The translations under genes were made by a program, and so were the position numbers. The notes below the pieces were generated by a model. The model worked only from the letters and a program-made list of their open reading frames with translations, searched no databases and was not told the DNA's origin. DNA of 63,802 nucleotides, the filler included, from Klebsormidium nitens (taxonomy: Eukaryota; Plantae; Klebsormidiophyceae), in the NCBI GenBank assembly GCA_000708835.1. It is 8 parts of 8 records of this genome, joined end to end, with 100 filler letters (N's around TTAATTAATTAA, not from the genome) between each part and the next. Parts side by side here need not be neighbours in the genome. Positions count along the whole stretch, not along the records: positions 34,119 to 49,629 come from DF238033.1; 7 more parts are not named here. The stretch is one strand, 5' to 3'. This document shows positions 37,101-47,300 of this stretch, piece after piece; the stretch's first letter is position 1; each line of letters starts with the position of its first letter.

Positions 37101-37391
37101 CTGTCCGGGCAGTTTGGTGGTGAGGCCGCCTTTGCGGTGCTGGACATGTACATCTCGACGCGCCCCACCCCGCTCACGGTGTCGGGGACCGCTTATGGCA
37201 ACTTGGCTGCTGCCAAGGCATACGGGGATGTTGCAATATACTTGGAGTCCTCCTCGAACTACAGTGTTTACCTGTCATCGACCAAGCAGTTTGGTTCTTG
37301 GGACCTGAGTGTGGAGGGCAACTCGGGGAATGTTCTCTTGGAGCCATCTGCCTCAAACACGGCTGCTCCGACGGGCACGCTTCAGATGTAA
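34119..37391 (+). CDS. 5'-truncated Gly/Ser/Thr-rich fibre/spike protein (>1,090 aa)
   Basis: The frame is open from the scaffold edge (63 codons before the ORF-track Met at 34308). It has repeated P.....YD(L/I/V)GS.S..WR..Y motifs, 31-aa tandem repeats and a terminal ~135-aa module shared with the minus-strand fibre gene. Confidence 0.8.
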   Translation, partial: DGTYDLGSESNTWKSLHAVDATLSGPLTAGGATLSGDPDLGSNNISCTGDLGPLASLTAESADMGTLQVGYHFTVQDGATVSLAAPLNPGSNNQYDLGSVSNSWRTVYASNANLAGSLTARGASLSAPLSLGSNGVTLTGQIASSSSRASALYSSVVDVNTSLVNSKLTLQPGSTTNLSTDLQPGSNSTFSLGSSNSGWKTLYASNAVLSGGLTCKGVDTQGSNISAGSGSLTGASASVSNLTVNVGGSTLFYTSLTPGSTGAYDIGSSSVLWRNVYASNLTVTGTLNLSSNAMSSTQGSPSSGIAVYGTTVDANYVVINNDLTVGSSATTSFATSLLPGSNGVYNIGPAGSTWNAIYGSNVTLSGPLTAASGITSSNGLTVAAGSASFGSNVSLTGPLTVAGGLTSSNGLSVSAGTASFGSNVTVSGPLTTAGGITSSNGLTITAGSASFGSNVSITGPLTASGGLTSSNGLTVTAGTATFGSNIAVSGPLTASGGMTSSNGLTVSAGTASFGSNLSVTGTASFGSNVGISGPLVASGGLTSSNGLTITAGSASFGSNVSVTGPLTAAGGLASSNGLSITAGTATFGSNIAVSGPLTASGGITSSNGLTVAAGTATFGSNLVASGPITGSNGLTIVGGSVSFASNLTVAGAIVSSNGVTGSSFSTTGAISAGTGNFSGDVTVSGNFNVGGRIDYVSTSELLVADKHITLASSSNPTDALASGAGLYIQGSNYAASNSTISFTWNTGANGNYWLTKGGNVALQGTSGSKMVTLSTASDGSLKLLSDDGTTATSTAALGVPLIPASSALDIGSSSNLWGTLYASSIGSASKLVPVFASTVSCSNLTATAAITGGSLSAGTGSLTAGAATLGALSCTTISTNNCNVSVGTGSITAGAVTFGAVTCGSIGTQGNSISAGAVSCTSVNPGASNSYDVGSSSLTWRNAYFAGTVSAGTYSGLTQKYWNKYNLGLINETTGYHKVATLLPWIGANNFVLRLSGQFGGEAAFAVLDMYISTRPTPLTVSGTAYGNLAAAKAYGDVAIYLESSSNYSVYLSSTKQFGSWDLSVEGNSGNVLLEPSASNTAAPTGTLQM
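35195..36110 (+). repeat. 93-bp (31-aa) coding tandem repeat, ~8 full and 2 shortened units
   Basis: Consensus (I/L)TSSNGLT(V/I)xAG(S/T)A(S/T)FGSN(V/I)xxxGPLTAxGG; units 3-4 resemble units 6-7. Confidence 0.9.
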
Positions 37392-37394
37392 CGG

Positions 37395-38208
37395 NNNNNN
37401 NNNNNNNNNNNNNNNNNNNNNNNNNNNNNNNNNNNNNNNNNNNNNNNNNNNNNNNNNNNNNNNNNNNNNNNNNNNNNNNNNNNNNNNNNNNNNNNNNNNN
37501 NNNNNNNNNNNNNNNNNNNNNNNNNNNNNNNNNNNNNNNNNNNNNNNNNNNNNNNNNNNNNNNNNNNNNNNNNNNNNNNNNNNNNNNNNNNNNNNNNNNN
37601 NNNNNNNNNNNNNNNNNNNNNNNNNNNNNNNNNNNNNNNNNNNNNNNNNNNNNNNNNNNNNNNNNNNNNNNNNNNNNNNNNNNNNNNNNNNNNNNNNNNN
37701 NNNNNNNNNNNNNNNNNNNNNNNNNNNNNNNNNNNNNNNNNNNNNNNNNNNNNNNNNNNNNNNNNNNNNNNNNNNNNNNNNNNNNNNNNNNNNNNNNNNN
37801 NNNNNNNNNNNNNNNNNNNNNNNNNNNNNNNNNNNNNNNNNNNNNNNNNNNNNNNNNNNNNNNNNNNNNNNNNNNNNNNNNNNNNNNNNNNNNNNNNNNN
37901 NNNNNNNNNNNNNNNNNNNNNNNNNNNNNNNNNNNNNNNNNNNNNNNNNNNNNNNNNNNNNNNNNNNNNNNNNNNNNNNNNNNNNNNNNNNNNNNNNNNN
38001 NNNNNNNNNNNNNNNNNNNNNNNNNNNNNNNNNNNNNNNNNNNNNNNNNNNNNNNNNNNNNNNNNNNNNNNNNNNNNNNNNNNNNNNNNNNNNNNNNNNN
38101 NNNNNNNNNNNNNNNNNNNNNNNNNNNNNNNNNNNNNNNNNNNNNNNNNNNNNNNNNNNNNNNNNNNNNNNNNNNNNNNNNNNNNNNNNNNNNNNNNNNN
38201 NNNNNNNN
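37395..38208. other. Within-scaffold assembly gap (814 N)
   Basis: Run of N without the TTAATTAATTAA spacer. Confidence 0.97.
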
Positions 38209-38360
38209 TAACCCGGCCGCGACGCGCGGACGGCCGAAGCGAAATCGATATATAAATTACGGAAGCGCCTTAGTGTGCATCCAGTCGACAGCTTTTTGGA
38301 TGCATAGCCGAGCGGCTAAGGCGGTCGGCTTCCGTACCGTTACATCAGACCCCTTCGCCA

Positions 38361-38813
38361 TTGAGCCAGCTCAATATCACAACCGAGCTGTCGACCAATG
38401 TCACAACACTGTCAACAGGTATCTCATGCAGCAATCTGACTGCAGCGGGCACGTTTAGCCTTGGACCGCTGACAGGGACCCGTAGTAACGCTGCAGGACC
38501 TTTTGTGGTCTCATCTGGCTTTGATGCGGTGGGGTCGAATCACAGCATCCCACTGCCTCTGGGTGAGAGAAATCAGGCTGGCATATTGACCGTTTTCGCA
38601 AAGAATCTGAACGGTTCTTATGGTGGGTCAAAGGCTGGTTATCTGAGGATATTCTACAGCTCATTAGCGGGTGATGTGAACAATACTTTTGGGGTGATTG
38701 AATCGTATGCACCACGCATGACGACTTTTTCCGCCACTGCCAACGGGCAGGGCTGCACAATATTGACAGATGCAGATTGTGCGGTTGCATACAAGTTCGA
38801 AGGAGCTTGTTAA
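38361..38813 (+). CDS. Small virus-like hypothetical protein (150 aa; no in-frame ATG, TTG start or lost start)
   Basis: The N-terminus (LSTGISCSNLTAAGTFSLGPLT) resembles the fibre repeats and the C-terminus looks beta-rich. No ATG lies between the upstream TAG at 38271 and 38361. Confidence 0.55.
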   Translation: MSQLNITTELSTNVTTLSTGISCSNLTAAGTFSLGPLTGTRSNAAGPFVVSSGFDAVGSNHSIPLPLGERNQAGILTVFAKNLNGSYGGSKAGYLRIFYSSLAGDVNNTFGVIESYAPRMTTFSATANGQGCTILTDADCAVAYKFEGAC

Positions 38814-38821
38814 AACGCAGC

Positions 38822-40915
38822 TTACAACAAAAGCCCAAGGCCGACCTGCATCAGCACTACTACTCTATCAGATGCATGCCTCTTAGTCAATGTACTACAA
38901 ATGTAGTACAAAATGTAGTACAAAATGTAGTACAAACCTTCAAAACACATGTCTCTGCCTGCCGTCACCAGCTTGAAGCCAAAAACCCCCATCTCTTGGG
39001 TCATCTTTAAGCTGGTGAGGGGTGTTACCAGCTCCTTGCAGCACTCCTTTGCATACTTGGAGAACCTATTGAGGAGAACAGCCCGCTTAACAAGGCTTCC
39101 CTCCCTCTTCTGAGTCCTTGCTCCCAGGAACTGACGGAAGACCTCCTGAGGTGTTGGGTAACCCCTCTTTGGCCGGATGCCGGCAAACACCCGACTGTTG
39201 ACTCCACGCCAACGGACGTCAACTTCCCTCACACCCTTCGCTGTCAGCACTTTTGACATCGTGCTGCCATGGCCCCTGTGGAACTTCTGCCATCCTCTTG
39301 CAGCTCCAAACGCCTGAAGTGCTTCAAACAGATCGGCTTTGCTGACGAGAAGGTCGTCGTCACCGAGTTCGCAGTCCTCTTGGATGAACTGGAGGATGAG
39401 GTCCTCGTCAGCATCCGATGACGGCCGGTCCTTCAGACGAATCCCCGAAAAGCCTTCTATTCCATGGCGACCACCAGTGCTGTAGACAGTCGAAGTCACT
39501 CCTTCCAACCGAATCACAGCCGTGTAGAACTTTCTTCTGGTGGTCTTGCCGTACCTCTCAACAAACGCCTCAAACAGTGGGATCCGGTCCGTCCGGAACC
39601 TGTCCACCGTCCTCATCGAGCGCTCGTCAACCCCAAACTCACACAATGAGCGGATATGCTCGTGCACATTCCTCTCGAATTGTGTAGCATCGGGGGTGTT
39701 GTCTACTACCGCCTCCCTCTCTTCCTCGCCCCCGGCTTCAACATTGCTGCCCCTTGGAGGCTCTTCCGGCTCGTCATCATGCGATGCCACCGCTTCTTCC
39801 TCCTCGTCAAGTGCTGCTTCGTCCGTCGTCTGCTCCTTTCTGCTGTCATCATCTTTGGGCCCGGCCCTTGGCGTGACCCCTTTCTGAGCTTTGCCACCGT
39901 GATCTGGTGTGTCGCCGCCCTCATCGTCCTCTTCGCACCGCTTCCTCTTAAAAACCTCCATTCGGTACTCGTGGTCCATCCGGTATTTCTCTAGCTCAAC
40001 GTCTCTCTGTAGTTGAACTTGCAGCTGCATCTGCTGAGTCTTCTCGCGCTCAATCTCCAGATAGTCATGTGAATCTGACATTACAATATCCTGTGATGCC
40101 GACTGCCGGCACGCCTTTCTCATGAGGAAGTACAACCTCTCCTCTGTCATCGTATCGGGCATTAAGGAAGTCTCCCGCTGAATGCTGCCTCCTATCTTCA
40201 GCTGCTGGACATTGTCCTTGATGTCCGGGAAGTTCTTGAAGATCTCCTCAGCCTTCTTTGGGTCGTCTGCCTCGACAACGTGGCGCAGCTCAAAGAAGTA
40301 CGGTGTTGTAAATGTCCTCCGATGCGCACTGTAGCGCTCCTTGATGTTTGTAGTGAAGCCGAACTTGCAAAGACGCGGCTGCTGCTGGATTGCAGCCACG
40401 TAAGTGCAATTTTTCTTCTCGTACGTTAAAATGTATGCTTGTTCTCTGTCAGTGCCTGACTGCAGCATGTGTGTCAACTCGACATAGGCGTCCCTCATTG
40501 CTCGAAAGAACTGCCGCACCTTGTTGCCTGTCTCAGTCATTGCTATCATGGCAAAGAGCTCAAATGCATTGATGGTCATGTAGTATTTGTCAGGTGCGAA
40601 CCCCTCATAAGACCCCTCATCCGTCTGGATGACCCCCCCTTTCGTGCCCCTGTAGTCAAGGCCCTCCCTGAATCCTCCACCCTTGAGCTTGCGAAGGCCA
40701 TTTGCTTTGGTGCTGTAGCCCAAGAAGCGCCATGCATCATCAAAGTCAATGGGGAACTCGTTCCCTTTGTCATCAAATGCCTTGATGAATACTGACGCCA
40801 GCTCCGCGCGACTGTTCAAGTCCACGTCAACCGCGATAACCCTTGGATGCGCAAGAATGGCGGTGGTGAGGTCCATCTTCTTGAAAGGAGCTGTCGAAAC
40901 AAAAGAAGAGCTCAT
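38822..40915 (-). CDS. MSV199/AntA-like N-terminal domain + T5orf172/GIY-YIG-like domain + coiled coil + acidic linker + three winged-helix-like repeats (~697 aa)
   Basis: FPIDFDDAWRFLGYSTKANGLRKL...FREGLDY...YYMTINAFELFAMIAMTETGNKVRQFF; CTYVAAI...LCKFGFTTNIKERYSAHRRTF...FELRHVV; repeats of the form FI.E.C......VSK..LFEAF......GIR.K. Probable start is 40915 or 40876. Confidence 0.75.
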   Translation of the reverse strand: MSSSFVSTAPFKKMDLTTAILAHPRVIAVDVDLNSRAELASVFIKAFDDKGNEFPIDFDDAWRFLGYSTKANGLRKLKGGGFREGLDYRGTKGGVIQTDEGSYEGFAPDKYYMTINAFELFAMIAMTETGNKVRQFFRAMRDAYVELTHMLQSGTDREQAYILTYEKKNCTYVAAIQQQPRLCKFGFTTNIKERYSAHRRTFTTPYFFELRHVVEADDPKKAEEIFKNFPDIKDNVQQLKIGGSIQRETSLMPDTMTEERLYFLMRKACRQSASQDIVMSDSHDYLEIEREKTQQMQLQVQLQRDVELEKYRMDHEYRMEVFKRKRCEEDDEGGDTPDHGGKAQKGVTPRAGPKDDDSRKEQTTDEAALDEEEEAVASHDDEPEEPPRGSNVEAGGEEEREAVVDNTPDATQFERNVHEHIRSLCEFGVDERSMRTVDRFRTDRIPLFEAFVERYGKTTRRKFYTAVIRLEGVTSTVYSTGGRHGIEGFSGIRLKDRPSSDADEDLILQFIQEDCELGDDDLLVSKADLFEALQAFGAARGWQKFHRGHGSTMSKVLTAKGVREVDVRWRGVNSRVFAGIRPKRGYPTPQEVFRQFLGARTQKREGSLVKRAVLLNRFSKYAKECCKELVTPLTSLKMTQEMGVFGFKLVTAGRDMCFEGLYYILYYILYYICSTLTKRHASDRVVVLMQVGLGLLL

Positions 40916-41340
40916 AGACGCACGTCTCGTACCTTTGAGACCCAGCAAATTCAGTGTCCTTGTCAACGGAACAAAGTGGAAGCAAACCGTTCCAATGGAA
41001 CCTTGACAAATTGACCGATGCAACCACATGCATTATCAGTGATTGGAACATCACTGTAACCACCTCAGGATACGTTGGTACACCTCTGAAGCAATATCTG
41101 GTGACATGTCTCCTCACTAGTTCTACGTGACAGGATTCGTCATTGATACTCACCTCTCCAATGTTGTTGTTGGCCCAGATGCTCGCAAGCAGACGTTTGA
41201 AGCTGTCACGTTGCCCACGTTTCACCTCCTAAGTTGTGGCAATATCAGCGATCGGCTGTAGTTTCTTAGAATAGCTCCGCTCGTATGCGGATGGCTCCTA
41301 CGCTCAGTCCTTACTCCAACATAAGAAGCCTATGTTGTCT

Positions 41341-41374
41341 GAGTTGTCTGAGCTGTCTGAGCGTCAGACAACTC
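41341..41374 (-). terminator. Perfect 11-bp stem / 12-nt loop hairpin immediately 3' of the giant fibre gene stop
   Basis: GAGTTGTCTGA (41341-41351) and TCAGACAACTC (41364-41374); the stop codon is 41378-41376. A termination role is inferred. Confidence 0.4.
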
Positions 41375-41375
41375 C

Positions 41376-44300
41376 CTAAGACTGCAAGCCTTCCCTCTGT
41401 TCGCGGATTGTCACCCTGTTCACCAACGAGGCTGCCAAGTCCCTAAGCTCCGCAACCTCTTGCCTCAGTGACCGCAGCTCCTCTTCCTCAGATTGCTCGG
41501 TGACCCGTGCAACTGTCGCCCTAAGCTCCGCATTCTCGCTCCGAAGCTCCTTGACCGCCTCGACCAGGTGCGCTTGGAGGCCATACCCCACATCGATTCC
41601 GAGCATGGGTTCCTGACCGGGCTGCACGTTGCTGTCATTGTCCCACGCAACCACCCACTCTGGAAAGACGTCCTTCACTTCCTGAGCGATGAACCCAGAG
41701 ACGTTGGAGCGTGTTTGCGTCACGTTGGGAGGCGTAAAGTCAAAGGTCTTGCCGGCAAGCCTGCAGACCCTCTCCAAGGCCCTCTGGATTGGCTGCACGT
41801 TGGATTTGAGCCTCGCATCCGAAGTCAGGGCCACGTTGTTTGCATACACGGTCGAGCCAGCATACACATTTCGTGCTGCAGTGACATAAGTGTTGCTGCT
41901 GAAAGTTACGCGAGTTGTAAAGTTTGCAGTACCATACGAGCTGGTGGTCCCGCTAGTCTGTTGGGAGAAAGTGAGCGCATAACCGCCTGTGTTGATTCGC
42001 CATTTTGCATTCACGATGTCTTCGAGGATCAGCCCCGTTGCTGTCGAAGTACTTCCGATGATCATGGTGTTTGTATTTGCGTCCTGGGCGCCAAAGAAAT
42101 GGAACGGGGCAGCCGGTGTGAGCGCAGCCGTGCTGTTTGCTGTAAATCCAGCATTTCCAGAGCAGAAGCGATTTCCCGAGAGGTACTCATGGCGCCATGC
42201 GAGAGCACTTGTGCCCAGGTCGTATGTTGCACTGCTTCCAGGGTTGACTCCTGTACAACCAATAGTGCCGGCGCTAATCGAATTTCCTTGGGTACCGATG
42301 GTGCCACATGTCAGGTTTCCGCAGTTGAGACTGCCCGTATAACGTCTAGTACCCGAAACATCCAGAGTATACGAAGGAGTAGTTGTACATACCCCGAAGT
42401 TTCCGTTTCCACAAGCGTTGAAGGATTGCGACCCGATAGTGTATCCCCAACAGCCAAAGGCATAGTAATTGTTTGAAGAGCCTGTTCCACCCACATAGCT
42501 AAACCCAAGGTATCCAGCATTGTTGGCCGCCGTCGTGTTGACTCTATACGGGCTTATGATGTATTGAGCGCTGGAGAGCCCTGCTGCAAACGTGGATGAA
42601 ACTATTACGCTCGTGTTAGTCGCAGTGCAAGCGATATTCGTGACTCCTGTCGACGCACCTCTAGGACCCGTAAAAGATCCCGTCGTCGCAGAGAGTGCAC
42701 CGCTGAAGGTTCCCGTAGTCCCGGAGACTGCCCCGCTGAAGGTTCCCGTAGTTCCGGACAAAGTGGTACAAGTTAGTGGGCCACAAGAGATAGAGCCTCC
42801 AGTAGCAGTACCCGATGATGCCCAGGTGAGGTTGGCGGCATTTGAAGAGAAAGAGTAGTTGCCAAAGGATGCAGTTGAGGTGCTTGTTTCAAAAACAGAG
42901 CTGAGCACGGAGAGAACAGATGATGTGTTGAGAGTCCCAGTTGCGGTGGCAGTGCTGGAAGTTGGCTCATTGACGGTTGCATTGATACTCGCTGGTTCGA
43001 CGCTGAGATCCCAACAGACGTAAGTCCCGAGATTTTTGAGGTAAATCGAGAACTTGCCGTTCGTCTCGACGTAGGTGACGATGTCTGCATTTGCTTTTGC
43101 GCCACTAAGGTATCCATTTGCTGAGCCCTTGACTCCGTACCCACCTCGCGAAGAGATTGTGCAGTCTACCGTAACACTCTGATTGGTCCCAAAGCCTCCC
43201 ATGGACCCGCAAATCCTCACCGCTCCACCACCAGAGGCCTCGCCGATAGCCGGAAGCACCCCGATCTTGTAAAGAGTTCCGGGCGTAGCACTGTATTGGC
43301 CTTGAGTCGTAGCATTCCAGTACTTTCTGGGGAGACCGGTGTACGTGCTTGCGGACAATGTCGATGCATTCACCGTCCCAGCAAAGTATGCATTCCTCCA
43401 GTAGTTGCCCCCCGAGACTCCCACATCATATGCGTTATGGGTTACGGCAACGAGGTTCGTGACAAAGGTGGTAGGATAGATCTAAGCTGTGAAGAGGTTT
43501 CCGAATTTGTTTGCGTTCGTTCCGATATCGTACGTCCCCGTTCCCGTGGTGGTGATCGCCCCTGATGTAGAAACTGCCCCAGCCGTCAGGGTCGAATCGA
43601 ACGTGACTGCCCCGGATGCATGCAGGCTTCCGGCCACGTCTAGCTTGTAGGATGGGCTGGTGGTTCCCAACCCCACCTGACCTCCATATTGTTTCATGGC
43701 GGTCGAGGGCAGATAGCTGAGCGTCCTCCAGGTGTCATCCACATAGATACTCGACAGAGTCGAAGTCGCAAAGAGTCCATCCTGGGCATAGTAAGCTGTT
43801 ACGTTCACGGTTAATGTAGAAGCTATGGCCCCTGCCATGCTGTGTAGCAGTCGAAGCCTCAGGTCATAGGTAGATCCACCAGGGACACTGTTCGTGCCTG
43901 GCGATGACACGTGCAGCTCGTAGTCGTTGTCCAAGGGGTGCCCGTTGTGAGCGGACAATGGTATGCATCGCCTCCAGGCACCATCTGCCGTCAGCAGACT
44001 ACTCCCCACCGTGATCGAGTACCTTTTTGTGAATTCGGTGCCAGTGGTCTTGGGCGACACTATGGTCACATCGAGAGTGGTGGCTGTTCCTGTCGTAAAG
44101 GATGCGAACTCGTAGGCACAGTCAGCGGTCGTGTCGCAAGCAATGGTGTACGATTTGTAGTAGAATCCGGGCAGAGTAAGCGCTCCAGTGGTGGAAAGGT
44201 TCGTACCGAATGCCCCTACAGAGAACGTTCCCGTAGTGATCTTGGATGCGTCCAAACTCGCAATGGCGGATGCTGCAACGGACCCGGAGGGAAGAGTGAC

Positions 44301-47300
44301 CGTGCCCCCGGAAACTGCAAAGTTGGAACTCGCCCAGAGCGTGCCATTGACGTCCAATGTGTAAGATGGGGAAGCCGTGCAGACGCCAAAGTTGCCGTTG
44401 CCACATGCGTTGAACGAACCGGTCCCGACACCGTACCCCTGCACCCCGAATGCGGCGTAGTTGGACGTAGATCCAGAGCCACCTGTGTTTTTGAAGAGAT
44501 GCCAGGCACAGTTGTACGAGCCCGTTTGCGATACCCCAAAGTAGCTGACTTGGAAGTTTCCAGTTGAGACAGGGGAAAAGTTTGTCATAGTCGTCGTATT
44601 TCCAGTACCGGATGCACTGAGAGTGAACCCCGTGCACGTGACTGCACCCCCGAAGCTGGAGGCGGACCCTTTTGTCTTTCGTACGTTGGAGCCGCACAAC
44701 GTGTAGAAGCTGGAAGAGCTCAGTACGGACGTGAGCGCGGTGTCTGCTGCCATCAGCTGAGTGTTCGTCGCCGCGTATGCGAGCGAGTAAGACGTCGATG
44801 GCTAGATGGAGGATGCAGGAACGTTTCCTTCGAATTGGCAAGTGGTGACGTCCAGGCTCATGGTCAGATAATCCATGTTTTGCTTTGCGTAAACGAACAG
44901 GTTCTTGCTGTTGTCAATGTAGAGTGCAATGTCGAATGTTCCTGACGCAAATGGGTCAGTGCTGTCCGGACTGTCGAGGACGAGTGAAGCATTCCAGCTC
45001 GGATTCTGAGTATGGAATCCGATGTTTGCAGTGAAGTTCACCGGCCCTGAGACATGTCCGAGGAGGCCGGTGATTGTCAGGCAACCGGAGCAATAAGCCC
45101 CGTTGTTCCAGAATGCTGCGATCTTCCACCACATAGGTGTCGAATACAAGGTCTGACCAGTGATGCTGAAGGTCCGCTTGGCCCAGTTATTCGTGCTCTG
45201 GCCAAGGACGCCGGTCGACGCACTCAGCGCGCCGCACGTGGCCGAGCCGCTCCCGGTCGTGATGCTCGTGCAGTCTACCCCGTTGGGATATGCGGTGCCT
45301 CCGACCCGCACGGAGCTAGATCCGATCGTGCCCTTGATGAACAGGTTCCCCGTGTCGCCCGTCAACGACATCAGGCAAGACTCTGACGAATTCTCCCATA
45401 AAAAGCCTTGATTGTTGTTATTACCGACCCTGTTCCTGATATGATGAGCCGTCCTGTTGTCCAACGAGGTGCAAGTCGAGCCACCCGCACTCGACTTCCC
45501 TGCCCCCGACGTACACATGTACGTTGCCCAGTTAGAGTCGTTCGCCTGCCAGTAGCGGATGCCTCTATTGGTACCGGAGTCCGTTTGGTCGTTCACTGCT
45601 AGGATGCCGGGCATGATATTGCAGCTTCCACCGAATGTCGTAACGGTGGAGGCTCTGAAAGTGCCGTTCACATCCAGCAGGTAGGAGGGGGTTGTCGTGC
45701 AGATACCAAAGTTGCCGTTGGCACAAGCATTGAAGGATTGGCTTCCCATCAGATACCCCCGCACTCCAAAAGCATAGTAGTTGGTCGAAGCCCCCGCCCC
45801 ACCGGTGTAATTGAATCCGGTGAACCCACAGTTGTTCGCGGAGCCTGCGACTCCGTACGGGCTTATGATATACTGCCCACTGTTCAAGCTTCCTGCGTAG
45901 GTAGTGGAAACGAACGTGGGACCGGTCCCTCCTGAAACGATGGCACTGCTCGCGCATGTCATCGCCCCGGACACCGTCAATGCGTTTGCCACGGTGACGT
46001 TGCTGTCGAATTGTGCAGTGCCCCCCGACACGTGCAGCATGTTGTTGGGACTCACGGTCCCGACGCCGAGGCGGTTGTTGTAAGGATCGGCAAAGCATGG
46101 GCCTCCCAAAGCCGTTTTCTGCGACTGAGTCTGGTCGTAAGCGAGGTTGGATCCTGGGATGTCCGTGGCCGCGAACGTCGTGCCGGAGGTCTGAGCCCAC
46201 TGGAGCCTGAACTGTTGATTGCCCCCCGTGTTCTGCTGCACGATCGTGATGTTCTTCCACCCGGCGGTGGCAAACGTTATGGTGCTTGAGGATACAGTAC
46301 TGCCATTCAGGTTCAGACCCGCGGACAGAACGAGACTGCCATCAATGTACCACCTGAGACTGTCGTCGACTCCAACCGATGAAAACGTGTAGTTCGCTGC
46401 TGCTGGGATGTTGATGTAACCACTGATGTTGAGATTATAAGTTTGGATCGTGCCGCCGCTGAAGATGTTCGACAGACTTGCATAATTGTGCACGTTAGAC
46501 GTGTCCAGAGGGCCATTGGCACTCGACCATAGGCTCTTGGTTAACGCGAAGGAGCCCAGGGACCTTGCCGTCCCTGTCCCTATGTTTGTCACACTGCAAA
46601 TCAGCCCGCCCGTCGCGGCGGCATTGAAGGCACCAGATGCATTCACCGTCCCAGCCACGTCCAGCTGATACTGAGGGCTCTTGGTCCCGAGACCCACGTA
46701 GTTGCTGGTGTTGTTGATGCAGATGGCAGACGCATTAACACCAGTTTGAAGCAGAAGGTTCCCACCGTTTGCCCGTAGGATTGCGTCGCCCAGCACAGCG
46801 TCTGTGCTATAGGCCGATGCACCTCCTGCCAAGCCAAATTGTGCAGAGTTTGTTGTTGCTCCGCTTAGGAGGCCGAATTGGGTGCTCGAAGCGTTGGAAG
46901 CCGAGACGTTCACGGCGTGCGTTCCGACCAAAAAGGCTCCTGAAGTGATCTGAGATGCAGGGAGATTACCTATAGCAGAGGCAGCCACGGACGCACTGGG
47001 CAGAGATACCGAACCTGCTGAAACCGTCAGGCCGTTGGACCCTGTAATGGCGCCCCCGACAGACAGGTTGCTGGATAGGTAAGCACTCCGCCATGCCGTC
47101 GCAGAGGCGCCCAGGTCGTAAGTCGCATTAGCAGTGGGATTGTGCTGACCGCTCGTTATGGAGCCACTTCCCACGGTGATGTTGCTGTTTTCAGTGCTTA
47201 TGGTTGTGCAAGTCAGTGCCCCCAGAGTGCTAGCCCCTGCTGCCAGGGTTCCCGTAGTGCTGATATTCGTGCCACCAAACGAGCCAACCGAGAACGTACC

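Noticed and set aside
37298-38458. Long ORFs of 386 aa and 300 aa in the ORF track
   Set aside because: They read through the 814-N gap and are artefacts.
43482-44804. TAG reassignment or programmed amber read-through in the giant fibre gene
   Set aside because: The same gene and host CLUAP1 terminate in TAG, the contexts (TAG CCA, TAG ATC) do not match the UAG-CAR-YYA read-through motif, and an independent frameshift is present. Nonsense mutation is simpler.
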